64,000 nucleotides of DNA from an uncultured Clostridium sp. (GTDB lineage: Bacteria; Bacillota; Clostridia; TANB77; CAG-508). Below are positions 1 through 15,321 of this stretch, piece by piece. Positions within the stretch are counted from its first letter, which is position 1; the number at the start of each line of letters is the position of its first letter. Under the pieces are notes generated by a model, which was not told where the DNA came from, did not search any database, and was given only the letters and a program-made list of their open reading frames with translations. The translations under genes and the position numbers were made by a program. Location of the stretch: contig CAMNND010000001.1 in assembly GCA_946545035.1 (NCBI GenBank), positions 34,809-98,808 on the forward strand, in the 5' to 3' direction.

Positions 1-3000
1 CTATATAATCCAGATTTTTGAAATAACCAAATTACTTGTCATGTAACCTATAATAACCAAAGTTTATATAAAGACACTAGTTTTTTATTTACTAAAATAG
101 GTGAAAATGGTACCAATGGTACCGATGTTGTTGCAAAAATTTATTATACTGGTGACGATGTTTTAAATACCTTACATAGTCAGCCATTAACCCTTTATGC
201 TCAAGATATAGATAATGGCACTGATATTACTACAAAGGCTATGTTTAACGTACCAGATGGAAATGGTAAAAGAAGAGCTTTGTCAGATGTATTAGCAATT
301 ATTGGCGAAAAAGGTATTTTAGATGTCGCTTTATATCAAAAAGGAAATACCCTATCATCCAATAATTATGCTTCAACTTATCCTCGTTGAAATTTATTAG
401 GGAATATATCTTACTCACAAAATTATGGTAAGTATTTTACTATTGAGAAAAATTCAAATGATTCATACGACATAAATTGAAGTGGATCAGTTAATAATTC
501 TCAAAAAGATTTATATCAAATTATTAAAGCAGAAGTTCAATTAAAAACTGGACAAACTTATTATGCAACATACAATATACCTTTTATTTGATATACAAAA
601 GATAGTGGATCTATTTTAGATGTTAATAATTTAATTGCCATTGACCGCAGCCATTATTTAAGTTCAATCTTATATAATGCGGACGGCCGCAATCCTATAT
701 ATAATCATAATCAAGGATTAAAATTTATTAATATTCCAGAGAATATTGATAGAATTTTATGAGAAGCTAAAGGTGACATTAGTCTTCTCTTGGAAGATAA
801 TACTTCAACAAAGATTTTTGAAAAAACAGAAAACATAAGCGCAGAAGAAATGATTTTTATTTTACCTGACGATATATATGACGGTGGAATTACAACTAAT
901 CATATTCAAGTTTCTTTTTACGATAAAGATAAATTAATTGCTATAGCTTATGTTCCTATTTATATGAGTCTCAACACTTTTGGACTTGCTTCTTTAAACG
1001 CATGAGATGGTAATCATATTACTATAAATGAAGATGAAGGATACGTTTTATCTCCACAAATAGGCGCTGGAGAAAAAGATGAAAATAATCGTTTTACTGG
1101 AATTTTAATGGGTAAAACAGAAGGCGAGGTTGGGCATACTGGAGAAACAGAAGCTCAAACTGGCTTATTTGGATATGTAAATGGTATTCGATCTATCTTT
1201 TTAGATGCTAAAACAGGAAATGCTACTTTTGGATTACCAAATGGATTACATTTAGATGAAAATGGTAATTTAGAAAATGGTAACAATTTTAATGAAGGAA
1301 GAATAGAACTTCGTCCTGGAAAAGAAAGTGTCATAGGTGGATGGACTTTAGGAAATAGAAGTCTATACTATACTAGTAAAAAAGAAATTGATGATAATAA
1401 TAATGAAAAATGAGTTTATTCTGGGCAGTTAGAAAAAAGACAATTACATGATTATATTCCTAATTGAAAAACAGGTTTAATTGAAAAGGATTTGAAAGAT
1501 AATTATTTTAAACATCATGAAAGAGATATTAAATATGATGAATCTGGTATATTATTATATGCTGGAGAAAGTCCTTATATTTCAATAAAAGGTCGCCCTT
1601 TTTCAGAAACTGAAGTTCCTGAAAATGAAATGTCAGAAAAAGAGTCTCTTATTAGACCAAATGATTCAATTGAGTTACAGTTAGATACAGCAACTCCTAC
1701 TTTATTTACTATCTTTAGACATAACGGAGGTAATAGAGAGGGTATTGAAGGAGTCAGTGGTAATGAAGAGCAATATGAATTAGGTTCCCGCACATTCTTG
1801 GCTGGTATTAACAGTCAGGGTGAATTTATTGCAAATAGTTTAAGAAGCGCAAATACAACCGACATTATAATACCTGCAGGAAGTGATGAAGAAAGAACTT
1901 GAAAAGCGGGTAGCTTAATTACAAAATTTGCTATTAACGCCTTAAATGCTTTTGATGATTTTGCTTATGATCCTGTTCCAAAAACTAGCCATATAGGTTT
2001 TGAAATTACAGCAAATGAAGAAAATACTTTAGCTCATTTCTTTACCAAGATAAATGGTTTAAAAGTAAAAGGTAGTAATGAAATTGATGAAAACTATAAT
2101 CCTACATTACATATATCTGGTGGATATACAGATGAAGATGGAGAATATAGTAGACCATTAGCTTTACATGGTAGAAATATTCAAATGTATGCACTTGATG
2201 GGTCTGGAAGAGATCCTTTAGATGATAAGTTTTTATCTGAAACGGATGCTGGATTAAAAATTTCAACAGACGAGGCTCGATTACAATTAGGATCAACTCA
2301 TTTTAATCTTTTTAGAGATACTACTGGCACAAATAATATTAACGCATTAACGACCGCGAATGATTTACAGATTAATGTAGGAGAAGAAGTTTTAAATGAT
2401 TCTATGGTTGAAGAGTTTAATGCTGGTAATAATAATTGAAAACCTTTAAATACTCAACTTGATTATAATAAATATAAAAAGTTTAGTGCAGAAGATTGTT
2501 ATGTTCAAGATAAAGATTCTTTAGATAAGGTCGTTCGTCCTGTTTCTAATAAATATGTTAATTTAAGTCAAATGAATAAGTATCTTAATAGGATTAATAG
2601 TAATATGATTATGAAATATTATATTGATCCAGAAACTCGTATTTTTACTTTAATGGATGAGTTGAATTTTTATTATAAATCTAATCTTAGAGGGAAAGAT
2701 GAGTATATTTCAATTAATTCGTATAATAATAATATTTATTATAAAAATATTAAAAATGAAGTAAAAAGAGTAGAAGATATTTATAGATTTGATGCAGATA
2801 GTCAAAATTATTATGCCCTAAATTCAGAGACAAAATCAGAATTAAATAACGAATCTTTAAATCAATATTTCGTTTTTCAAGAAAAAGATATAGATACGCA
2901 GATAAATGAACAATATGATTATATGTCTGAAGAAAATCTTCTTAATAATTTATACTATATAAATGAAAATAATTTAGATAATTATATAAAGATTGATAAT

Positions 3001-5412
3001 TATCGAGATATTTATTATAAAAGACAAGATCCAGATGGAAGAACAATATATATAAAAGAAAATCAAATAAATTCACAAGAAAGACCTTTTATTATAATAG
3101 AAGATAAAGAAAATATTTTTGGTTATATAGAAAATGTTCAACATTATTGGAGAGACTCTTTTGATGAATTTAATTTATATTTTAAAATTAATATTGATGA
3201 AAAAGCTTATTATGTTACTAATTTTATCCTTGATACTTATTCAATGGATGAAAATAATGAATGACAGTTAAGTGATTCAAAAGAATTCTTTTCAGAATTG
3301 CCTGACCATAGTTATTGGTATCAAAAATATTATGAAGAGACAGCTAGCGCAACTACTAGATATGTTTTAAGACCTACTTTTATCGATGATTATCCAGAAA
3401 ACGGCCAAGTTGAATTTGAAATGGCAAATTTAAGTATGGTTGATTTTAATACAGATGCAAGCTTTAATGACACTAATATTTTAAATATTTATAAAAAATA
3501 TGAAGGTGAAATTGTAGATGGCATGTCTCAATATCTTTTAAAAGATGAAGTAGAACGAGCAAAATCTTATTATTATTATAAGAATAGTACAAATTTTTAT
3601 TCTAAATTAGAAAATGATGAAGATAACCAAACTTATTATAAATTAAAAGATTTGGACGGCTTTATAGAAATAACTACTTTAGGAGAATTATTTTATTATT
3701 CTGAAAAGTTTAATTCTTATATTTCATTAGATAATGTAGATACAGAAAACGTATATCTTTTTGAAAATAATAGCTATCAAGAAATAGAAAACATTGAAAA
3801 TAATAATTATAGTTCAATATATAGAAGATTTATTGTTCCAAAAACTTTTTCTGATTATGAGTGGATTAGTTTAGATCAATGATTGGGTGGAGAACTTTTA
3901 AAAGAATATTGCTTAACAGAAGAACAAGAATATATTCTAAAAGAGAGTTTTCCAATAGATCAAACTTATTTAAAAATTAATGATAGATATGTTTTTATTG
4001 ATTTTAATCTTAATAATTTTAATTATATTTATATAGAAGATAATAAAAGTTCAGAACCTTTCTTTATTTCTATTAATTATTTTAAACAGATTGCAGAAGA
4101 TAAAACTAATCGATGATTATTCTTAGAATCAGAAGTTTATGATATTGGAGATAAAGGTTGAAAAGAAGAAAATGAATATGGAATTATATATAATGAAAAT
4201 GCCATTATAAGACAAAGTCCTATATTTAAATCTTATTCAAATCAAGCTTATTCTTTATATAATGGAACTTATAAAAATTATATTCAAAAAGATAATAATA
4301 TTTATACTAAAATTGATATAGATAAAAATATTGATATTAAAAATACTAGATTAATAAATTTACAATCTTATAAAAATCTAGATTTTACGCTATTATCTTC
4401 AAGTAATACTTGCGAAGGACAAATTTCTCTGCGAAATACCTCTTCTAGCGATTTTTACTCTATAGATGGAAAAGAATATTCTATTTATGGTCAATTTGTC
4501 CGTGTTGAAAAAAATAATGAACAAATTAATAAATACGGGCTACTTTTAGGAGATAATTTTACTTCTTTATTAGGTGAAGATTTGAATTACATAAAAAGTA
4601 AAAAACAAATTAAAATTACTTCTGCTGAAACAGGAAGTGGCCTTATTTATACAGCTGAAAAACCGCAAATATTATTAATTGCAGGGGAAGACGGAGGTAT
4701 TAAATCTACAAAATTAATTTTAAATTCTTCAGATAATGGATGAAAAAATAGAAAAGAAGATAGCTCTATTTTATCTTATCCCGCATTTAAAGTTCAAAGT
4801 AGATACGGATATATTGGAATTTTTCCTTGGTATGAAACAGATAAATCTTATTCAGAACAATTTTATGTAGGAATGAGTCAAATTATTACACACGGATTAC
4901 AGATTCAAGGAAAATATGGTAATAATAAAGATATAAATATTGGATTAATGGTATCTAATGATATTCAAGCAAATAAATTTATAGGGCAAAATTGAAACAG
5001 TTTATTTAGTTTTCCTCAACCTAAAAAAGGAACTTCTATATCTTTTGGAAGTGGTGGCAGTTTAAGTTTTGGTTGAGAAAATCAGTCAAATTTAACATTT
5101 AGTGTACCAAAAATTACAATAAAAGAAAAAGGTCAACCTTCTATTACAACCAATTCTGTATCTATTACTCTTCCAAATGCACAAAATATATGAGATGCGA
5201 TTTTTAGACGTCTTGAACGTTATATAAATAATCGAGGTTTTTTGACGACTAGTGCAGCTGACAGCCGATATGCGAAGAAGTCTAGTCTTAATAATTATGT
5301 AACTAGTGTTAGTGGTACTCTTACTGGATCACATATTAGCATTAATTATCATAAAAACGGTGGTACCTATAGAGTTATTAATGGTAATATAACATCAAAA
5401 GCTACAAAATAA
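1..5412 (+). CDS. Giant virion structural protein, 5'-truncated by window edge (>1800 aa in window). One continuous frame-1 ORF read through ~13 in-frame TGA codons, terminates at TAA 5410-5412. N/Y/D-rich, beta-type composition (not tape-measure-like).
   Basis: ORF-track pieces 790-1005, 1108-1413, 1492-1902, 2185-2439, 2572-3264, 3298-3882, 3883-4116 are all in frame 1 and separated only by TGA. I translated the joins by hand and found no TAA/TAG in frame 1 from position 1 to 5412. Followed by RBS+ATG of the next gene. Confidence 0.55.
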
Positions 5413-5426
5413 GGAGATAAAAGGAT

Positions 5427-5660
5427 ATGGATAATTTACAATTACGATTAGAATTACAAGTTTCACTTCAGCGATGAGTTGATAACACAATGTCTAATTA
5501 TAATATTTCAGCAGCAGAAATGGAAGATGCTTTATCACGAATATTATTAAAATTAAAAGATAAAGTTTTTGAAGACTATCTTGTTGAGCAACAACAAGCT
5601 TATCAAGAGATGATGAATGCATCTTCTAACCAAGAGGATGGAGTAATAGAAGATGCCTAA
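5427..5660 (+). CDS. Hypothetical small protein (~77 aa), one in-frame TGA
   Basis: RBS aaggagataaaagg then ATG at 5427. Open to TAA at 5658-5660 if TGA is sense. Confidence 0.4.
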
Positions 5661-5901
5661 TATTATTTCAAGACTGCAGGTTACAAAAAAGGATAGTAAT
5701 GAAAAAGAATTTATTCCAATAGGAGCTTATAGCGACAATGTTATTATTTCAGATAATAACAGAAAATTTTCATTAACTCAATTATATGATTATCTTAAAA
5801 CATTTTTTAATAAAAGAATGTTTTCATGATATGATTATAAGCTCCCTGATGATAGTAGTAAGATTATTGAGTTTTATCAAATAGATAATAATAATGATTA
5901 A
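5650..5901 (+). CDS. Hypothetical small protein (~83 aa), one in-frame TGA; overlaps the upstream gene end
   Basis: ATG at 5650, open to TAA 5899-5901 if TGA is sense. Confidence 0.4.
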
Positions 5902-5916
5902 ATAAAGGAGGATAAA

Positions 5917-8900
5917 ATGGCGACAGTATTATCAACACTTTATCCTCCTCTAATTGGAACTTTTCAACCAGCTTTTGAATATGACGAAGGACCAGAAATT
6001 ACATTTACTATTTCTAATTATAATTCATATTTAGGAATTAATCATTTACATATCTCTTTAGTTAATCAAAAAACTAATCAAAATGCTTTAGCAACCAATT
6101 CAAATAATGCGTTTTCTGTTCCAACAGGAACTTATTTAATTGATGGTATTTGAATTGTCCCATTTCAGGATAGTTATTTTAATGAATTTGATACTGAAAA
6201 TAATCTATATAAAATAAAAATCCCTAAAACTATTTTAAAAAATCAGGCTACAGAATTCGTAATTGACTATTACTATAAAGTTCAATTAAGATTTGATTGC
6301 GTTACAGACGATATTATAGCTTCCGCAAATGTTTCTGGAACAGTTTTTAATTCTACTTATTTAAACATTTTCAGAAGTTATTTTTCTGAATGATCTAGTA
6401 TTTCATTATTAAAAGCAGTCCCGCATACAGAAATTCAGTTAACAAATTTTACCATTGTTAACTCTAATGGGATAGCTAACGATAATTTAAGAAATAAAAA
6501 AACACCTCAATTTACACCAGGCGTTATTCCAATTGTTGGTAAATTAGTATTTTTTAAAGATAATAAAACAATTAATGCAACAGATGCGGGAAAAGAGTGG
6601 ATAAAAGACTATCAAATAAAAATTTTTAGAGAAGAAGATGATAATTCTCAAAATTTAATTTTAGATAGTGGTATCATTTATCCAGATGCCTATAAATTTA
6701 GTGAAAACAATTTAAATATTTCTTCTATTTCTCAATCCAGCTATTGGACAAATAATTTTTCTTATTTAGCTGATTTAACAGATAAGGATCCTAATTATAA
6801 TTACATATTAAATATAACAATTCATACAAAAAATAATTTTACCGCAGAAGAATCTTTTAACTTTAAATTAATAAATGCTTTATTTACACCAAATTGAACT
6901 TGATCTTTTAATAAGAAAAAGCTTCCTTATTATGGAGACATAATAGAAAAGATAGTAACAGAAGAAGATGGAGAAATTAGCGGAGAAGTTAAAGTTGAAC
7001 CAGAATTAGACACTCAATCAACAAATTATTTGTATCAACAAGAGCCTGGATATATGTTTATTCGCCGAGCCGATAGTTTAAGTGATTTTAAAAATTGAAG
7101 TATTATAAAATGTGTAGCTTGTTCTACTCCTTTACAACCAGTTAAATTTACAGATAAAACTGTAGGTAGCTTAGTGAGATATAGATATTCCGCGCAATAT
7201 TTGTGCTTTAGAGGCGGTGTTCAAACATCTGTTAATAAAAGTCCTATAATTATTTATCCTGACTTTCATGACATTCTAATTAGTGCTGGAGATAGACAAT
7301 TAGCAATTAGATACGATGGACAAATTAACTCTATGACTCCTGTTGTAAATAGAGTTAAAATAGACACTCTTGGCGGACGTTATCCTAAATTTGCAGAAAA
7401 TGCTAAATTAAATTATAAGCAATTTAATCTATCTGGATTAATAGTAGCAGAAAGTGATTATAATAGAAAGTTTTTAAATGATTTAGATTATTCAGATGAT
7501 ATGCACGCCTATGATAATGCTCAAAAAGGAACCTATATAGTTCGCAATGATACAGTTTTAGAAAATTTTGATTCTGAACACAAAAAAGGAACTTATACAA
7601 AGGATATTGAAAATAAAACATCATGGATTGATAAAGAAAAAGAGTCTTCTCAAAAAAATACTAGTCACGATATTTATCCTTCAAATAATTGATGGTGAGA
7701 ACGAAAATTTAGAGAAGAAGCTGTTAAATGATTAAATAATGGTCAGCCAAAACTTTATCGTTCTATGACAGAAGGAAATATGATTGTTATGTTAGACGGT
7801 ATTTCTCTAACTCCAAACAATCAATTAGGGCGAAGAATTTGAAATTTTTCTTGTACTGTATATGAAATTGGAGACGGGTATAATCTTGAGTTATTAGATA
7901 GTCTTAATATTTTTAATATTCAAAATGAATATGAGCAAAAAAATATTGACTTAGAAGAAAAATATGGAGAAGATATTGACTCTGATTCTTTGATTAGAAA
8001 AACGGTTACTGAATTAGGACAACAATATGAAATCCAAGCAATAAAAGATACTCAAAATAATTATAAAGGATTAGTAGAAAATGTTATTGTCAATAATATA
8101 AACTTTTTATATCAAGGTTTAGGGAAAAATTATGTATATAAAAAGAATTCAGCATTATTACATAACTTAAAGATTAATTTTACATCGCCTCCACAGTATT
8201 ATAATTTAAATTCAAATATTGAAAAGATTGATATAGAAGAATATTTTTCAAAACGAAAAGATATTGATCAATTTATAGCTACCGCAGAAGAAGATGAAGA
8301 ATTCTTTTTAAATAATGATGTTGGTTTAGGATATAAAATAACTCTTTCATATTATGATTCAAGTAACGGTACTTCAACAAAAGTTCCTATTTTTGTTTCC
8401 TCAACCGATGGCCGCACAGGATATTATCAAGTTCCTTCTAATTTAATTATTTCTGAGATTGTACTATATGATGACGCTACAGCTATATTAGATTATTCTT
8501 TAACATATAAATTAGATTACTATAATGTAGATATACCTGATTTTTATTCTCAAGAAGAAACATTAGTCGGACAAGTTAACGATTACTGGTCTTTTGGAAC
8601 AAATATAAGCACTTATATTAATGAAAAATATAGAGTTTATAATTGAACAGAAGAAGATAGCTATGAATATTCTGAGGGATTAATTTATTGAAAAGGTATT
8701 AATATTGAAAGCGATCCTTACAGTATATATGAAATCAGTTATAGAGAGAGTGTCCCTGGTGTTGTTCAAGCAGGTGAAAAAAATACTTATATAATTCCTA
8801 GAACTGGAACTTTAAATCTATTACAAAATTATGAAGTTTCTTCTTGCTGAGCCGCAGGTAGGCAAATGTTTGTTGTAGATGAAAAAAGAAAACCTTACTT

Positions 8901-9456
8901 AGATGAATGAGAATGCGTTCTTGATGAAACAGTAACAAATCCATATGATCCTGGAAATCAAATTTCTGATGGAATATATTGATATTTAGTTAAAGGGTCC
9001 GATGATATTGATTTAGATACAGATGGTAATAATAATTATGTTTTAGTAAAAATTCGTGTGGCAGATGGTAATCTTTATATTGTAAATAATGATTCTGAAC
9101 AAGGAACTATATTAAGCTGAGATGATTTTAATAATGGTGTCTTAGATATATATGAAGATTGATTTAATTTAGATTCAATAAGCAATTGTATTATAGATAA
9201 TATTAAACAACCTGATTACAATAAAGTCTATAGAATTATTGATAATAATTTTGTTTCTTATTATATGATTTATTATTTAAATCAAGGATGATACCCAATA
9301 GATTTTATTGATAATTCAAATCAAGATGTTATGCAAGCAAAGGTTCCCGTTTCTGGTTTAATCGAATATAAAGCCGATATTTACAAACAGGGATGAGAAA
9401 TCTTAAATGGGCAAAAACGAAACATAAGCGCTACCAATAGTGATAATAATGGTTAA
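5917..9456 (+). CDS. Large virion structural protein (~1179 aa; tail/baseplate-like), TGA-recoded
   Basis: RBS ggaggataaa + ATG 5917. Frame-1 track ORFs 5917-6153, 7174-7692 and 7990-8646 are joined only through TGA codons. I hand-checked no TAA/TAG in frame 1 across 6154-7174 and 8647-9453. Stop TAA 9454-9456. Confidence 0.55.
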
Positions 9457-9472
9457 AAAGGAGGTAAAATAA

Positions 9473-12226
9473 ATGCGTAAATTTTATCCTTATCTTGAAG
9501 AATCTTATTATCCTAACTTGAATGAAGAATATGAAAAACAACAATTTTTATATTCTCTAAATAAAATTGTTAATCAAAAACAATATGTTAAAATAACTTT
9601 ATTAAATTGAGAAGAAGATCCCATCAAAGAAATTGATGGGATCATTTCCTCTGGTAGTATTAATAAAGATGGAAACAGTGCAGTTCGAAGATCTTGTAAC
9701 TTATCTTGCTCGGTTAATGGTGGCGCTTATAATATTGATAATATAGAAATGGACTTTGCTTTAAATAAAAAAGTCTTTATTGAAATAGGCATTGAAAATG
9801 TTACAAATAAATATCAAGATTATCCTATTTTATGATTCCCGCAAGGAGTTTTCTATATTAACTCATTTAGTGTAAATTCTTCTACCTCTTCTGCTGTTAA
9901 TCTTAACTTATCTTTAAAAGATAAAATGTGTCTATTAAATGGAGATATAGCAGGACAATTACCCGCAACAGTTCGATTTGATATGATGACAACCCAATTA
10001 TCAGATGGGTCTGTCGTTGAACAAAAAGTTTTATATTATAATATTATATCGGAATTATTAAATCATTGGGGCGGAGAAGATTTAAATAATATTATTATTC
10101 AAGATATTCCATTAAGAATTCGTAAAGTTGTTCAATGACAAGGAGAAAATCCTATTTATTTAAAACAAGGAGGATTTGACGTTGTCGATGTAGATGATGT
10201 TGACACCAATTCATATAGCATCTCTATAGAAGTACCAGAAGATAAAGAGAATTGATCTGAATATTCCATGGGAGACGATATAGGCTATGTCTATAGTGAT
10301 TTTGTTCCTTTAAATGAGATCACTGGAGCTGCGGGGAGCACTATTTGCTCAGTTTTAGATGAAATAAAAAATCAATTAGGTAACTATGAATATTTTTATG
10401 ATGTATTTGGTATTTTTCATTTTAGAGAAATAAAAAATTATTTAAATGAAACTCAAGCAAGTACAATCTTACAAGAATCCGCAAATACTGGCCGACATGT
10501 AAATTTGAATGAGGGTCAGTTTTTATTAGATGGAGGGTCTGAAACTCAATATTTAATAGAAACGACTGTTCCAAAAACAGTTTATAATTTTGACTCAAAT
10601 GAAAACTTAACTTCTATTAGTGTAACTCCTAATTACAGTAATATAAAAAATGATTTTATCATAGATGGAATCAAAGAAAGCACAGCTTCTGATTCTCAAT
10701 ATGCTTTGAGATATAGATGTGTAATAGATGAAAAGCCAGAAATTTTAGGTACAAAAGATAATAAACCTTATTATGGAGTATTTGATAATATAATTTACTA
10801 CACTTATCCAGAAGAATTTGAAGGTCAAACTATTGCAGAAACCAATAAATTAAGTTGTTTTCATGAATTCTGAGCCGGATCAGAAGAAGAGCCTTATTTA
10901 ATTTTACCAAATGTTGGTATAGCAGATCATATATATCGACTTGAAGAAGATGGCATATCTACTTTCTGAAGATGAGACGGCATTGTATATAAACCTGTTT
11001 ATTTAAATTTAAATGAAGATGAATTAGAAGAATATAATTCTCAATTTTATAGTGTTAGTTCAATTAAAGAATTATTATCTTTATATCAAAATTTTAAAAC
11101 AGATCAAATAAAAATAGAAAATGAATATAATGAAACAGGTAATCAAGCTGAATATCTAAGAGCGCTAGAACTTTTAAATATTGATTTTATTGATAAATTA
11201 AATCGTATTATAAAAGATTTACCTGAAAAAGCTAATAATTGAATTCTAGAAAAAAAGATTAATTTATTTAAAGATAATGTTGATGTAATAATACAAGTAT
11301 TAAAAAATATTTTAATTGAAAATAACATTTTAATAGAAGAATCAGAAGAAGAAGAGCAAGAAGAAAAAGAAATTGAAGATTTATCTGAAAATACAGATAA
11401 ACCTTTTACTTTGACCCGAGAACCAATCTTATACAGTTCTTCTCTAAAAGATCCTTATACAAAAGAAATATTAGGTCCTTATTATGCTAATGACTGACGT
11501 ACTGCATTATTAATTTATGGATTACAGGCCAGTATTAATGGTACAGATCCAGGACCTTATTTTGACGATCTAGAATATGCTTGGCCAGAAGAATACGATC
11601 TCCGCAGAGAAAATCAATGCTTCTATGGAGAAAAAGAAGATAAATCTGTTCATTATAAAACTTTAACATCAGGTAAATTTTATTTTGATATAATTGATGC
11701 AAATTCATCTTCTCTTGGAGAATTTAGTGTTCAAAATATTGGTCGAAGAACAAGTGTAATTTTTAATGATAAAGTTAATTGTTTATTTGAACCAGAAATT
11801 CCAAATATTGTTTTTCTAAATACAGATAACCCAAAAGTAAACTGATCTGATAATACGACCATTACAGAATTAAGAACTATTACAGATATGGCAGAAATGT
11901 TAAAGCAACAGCGTCAAGAATGTATCAATAACGGACAACCATATCTTCAAGTATCAAATGAGATATATAATAACTTATCTATTGGAGGATATTTAAACGA
12001 TGCATATTCAGCATTAAGATATGAATTGTTTTCACATACTTCTTATCAAAAAGTTGTATCCATAAGTGCTTTGCCGGTTTTTTATTTAGAGCCCAATAGT
12101 CGAGTTGCATTAAGTGACCCTACAACAAATACTTATGGAGATTTTATAGTACAAAATATTAGTTTAACGCTTGGTCCAGGAGCTAATTTATCTGCGACGT
12201 TAAATGAAGCATTAGAGAGATTATAA
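9473..12226 (+). CDS. Large virion structural protein (~917 aa), TGA-recoded
   Basis: RBS aaaaaggaggtaaaataa + ATG 9473. Frame-2 track ORFs 9926-10138, 10268-10873 and 11888-12226 are joined through TGA codons (hand-translated, no TAA/TAG). Stop TAA 12224-12226. Confidence 0.55.
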
Positions 12227-12239
12227 GGAGGTGCTTAAG

Positions 12240-13175
12240 ATGGCAGTAACCTATGGTATGGGGCAATATCGTATGAAACGAGGAACTCCTTATATAACTA
12301 AACTAAACGGAGAAAATTCTATTACTCCTCAATTTATAGAAGTACAAACTAATACGTATACATATAAAGATGTATATTTTAATTTAGGAAATGAAACAAT
12401 TCAATATGGTCATACTTATTATTTGGAATTAACTTTACCACGGCACGTTCAGTATACAAGTGATATTGATATTAAAATTTGTGGTACTGCAAATGGTACA
12501 ATAGATATTACTAATCAGTATCAAAATATAAAACAAATTATAGTTCCAAATTCTTTAGTAAGTACAAATTTTTACCAAGACGTATTACTATATGAATATA
12601 ATAACAAAACAGAAGTGGGACTTGTCACTAATGCAACAGATAATACTGTAGGGCATGTTTTTAAAAATAATAACAATTATTTTTTAATAACACAAAACGG
12701 TAAACCTCAATTAGAGAAATATCAACCTTTAAAAGTTATTGAATCTTGAAAATTAAAAGAAATGGATGAAGATACTATTACTTATAATATGATTTTTTCT
12801 CCAAAATTTGATTCTATTAATTATTCTTATTTATATTTAGAAATAGATAGAAATAATGATTGGAATACTAGTATTGAATATATTGAAAATGATAAAACTT
12901 ATAAAGGTCTTTTTATTGACATTAATAATGCTAAATTAGATATTTATGAAGTAAATAATCTTTTAAATAATGATACATGTATTCCACAATCTTCTTTAAA
13001 TCATATTGGTGTATGAGGCCATCCTGAAATGTATTTAGCTATCAATGGAGAACAAATTCAAATTGGAAAAAATGGTTTCTATGAATTAGATGACTTCAAT
13101 ATTACAAATTTAGGCATAGTTGTTAAAGATGAAAATATTGATAGATTCAGTATTGATTATGAATTTGCAACTTAA
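12240..13175 (+). CDS. Hypothetical structural protein (~311 aa), 2 in-frame TGA
   Basis: RBS taaggaggtg + ATG 12240. Track ORFs 12231-12749 and 12762-13016 share a frame. TAA at 13173-13175. Confidence 0.5.
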
Positions 13176-13197
13176 AAGAAAGGGGAGGTAAAACATT

Positions 13198-14943
13198 ATG
13201 GCTTTAGAAAGTTTTTATGGTGGAAAGCCTGGCTATTCCCCTGTCATTAAAGGTACTTTTAAGTATATTAGTGAAAATGATAGTAAATATCGAAACTTAA
13301 CAGAAGACCAAAAAAATGCGGCAAAGGCTGCAAATGAAGTTATGAATCTCTGTTTTCAGGATCCTGAATATAAAGATGTTTGATATGGAGAGATATGTAT
13401 TATTAGTTCAGACTCTATGTATGATGCTAATAATGGCAAGATTTTTAGACGTACTTTAAAGAAACAATCTTCTTTAGATGAAACTTATGGAAGTCTATAT
13501 GCGGAATATCTTGGACAAATAGTCGGTATGCCTGGTGGTTTACCAAAAGTTGTATTTAATACTATTGATACAGTTAAAAATCAAGCTGCCAATGCAGAAA
13601 ATGATATTTGGTATCCAACTGGTGTAGATGATAATAACGTAGTAGAAACAGATTATAAACCTATAGATGATACAAGTACGACTTCATACCCCGCAACTTT
13701 AAGTGGGTCAGAGGGTATAGAGTTTGTACCTGGTATGCAAAAAAATAATAATGTTACAATCTATAATGACAATCTTCAATATACTTGGTTACAGATATTA
13801 GATCCACAATCTAATCAATATGAAGCAGATGGTAGCGCTTCAACTCTTCAAATAGGTCTTAAAATTCCTTATTTATATCTAGATACTCCAACAATTACTC
13901 CTGTCTCATATTTTAATGATCCAAAAATAACTGAATCAGATATAGGTCAAGATAATAAGCATCATCCATTTTATAGAAAATATAATATTTCTATTCCAGA
14001 TGGTCTTAGAGGACTTGGAATAAAAAATTTAAGAATAGAAACAAAAGAAAGTCTACAAGGAACTAACCTTCTAGATCCCACAGCTGAAAATTTCTTTAGT
14101 TATGATGCTAGTAAACGCAACATTATTATAAAAGAAGATGCGCTATATGACCTTACAAATTATAATAATGATAGTCCTTTTTGAGTTTATGATTTAGATG
14201 TACCGAATAAAACAGATGAAAGCTTAATGGATAGTAGTTCTTATACTTGTTATGCGGGAGATTATCATAAAATTTCAGATGTTACTTTAAACTCAAATGG
14301 TTCTCTAAGTTTTACTTCAAACTATGGAGAAACCATTACCACAAAAAATAAATTAAAATGGATTACTGGAACAGAAGTTGTTACAGATGTAGATCAAAAT
14401 GATTATGGTAAATTTACTATTAATTATAATTTTAATCCATCAAGTAATAATTCTTCTGTTAATCAAAATAAATCTGATACTTATCATTTACCTTTTGTAA
14501 AAAGAATTTTTGCTTATACTTCTTCTGAAGAAAAAGATGGAGAAGAAATTAAAATTGAATTAGTTAATGGAGATGGTGGAATAAGAACTTTAACATTAGA
14601 AAAACCAACAACTCCAAATACGCCAGCAGAATCTTATTCTTTAAAATATCCTACTTCAGTAAAAATTATAGAAAAAGCCAATGATGACCAGTATTATTTC
14701 TTACAAGCAGAATATAATGATGGAGATAAAAAAGAACTAGGTCGAGTTGGATTAAGAGCTAGTATTGATGGAATAGCTTCAACTATATATGTCGGCCAAT
14801 TAAATTCAAATGGAAACATTGAACGAATACCAGAATATCTTCCTGATAATGTTAGAGAAGAAGCTCTTGTATTAGTTGATGAAATGGTTGCGGTTACTGA
14901 TAATATAACCTCTAATCTTTTTCCATCTTTTAATGTTTCTTAA
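13198..14943 (+). CDS. Hypothetical structural protein (~581 aa), 2 in-frame TGA
   Basis: RBS aaaggggaggtaaaacatt + ATG 13198. Track ORFs 13198-13383, 13417-14184 and 14227-14943 share frame 1 and are joined through TGA. Ends at TAA. Confidence 0.5.
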
Positions 14944-14964
14944 TGTTCAAAAAGGAATTTAATC

Positions 14965-15315
14965 ATGTGAATTAAACAATATAAATATCCTTTTACCGAT
15001 GTTATGGAAGATAATAAAATTGTATTATCTTTTGAAAATGTAAAATTTGTTCAAATAGGAATGGAGTGCCCGCATTCCATTCCTATTTTTTTATATGATA
15101 ATGAATTAACAGATATAAATAATAAAACTTTAAATACGCAGATAGAAATTAGTGAAACTCTTAATGGGACAGTAATTTCAAATTATTCTTATAAAATAAA
15201 TTCCTCAGATATTCTGGAATTTAATAATTTAAATAAAAAAAATTTAACTATAAAAATAGAGAATCCAGAAGATCCATATACTATTATTACAATAGCTTAT
15301 GAAAAGGAGGATTAG
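14965..15315 (+). CDS. Hypothetical protein (~116 aa); the start could instead be the ATG at 15004
   Basis: Weak RBS aaaaaggaatttaatc + ATG 14965 (second codon TGA), in frame with track ORF 15004-15315. Stop TAG. Confidence 0.35.
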
Positions 15316-15321
15316 AGAATT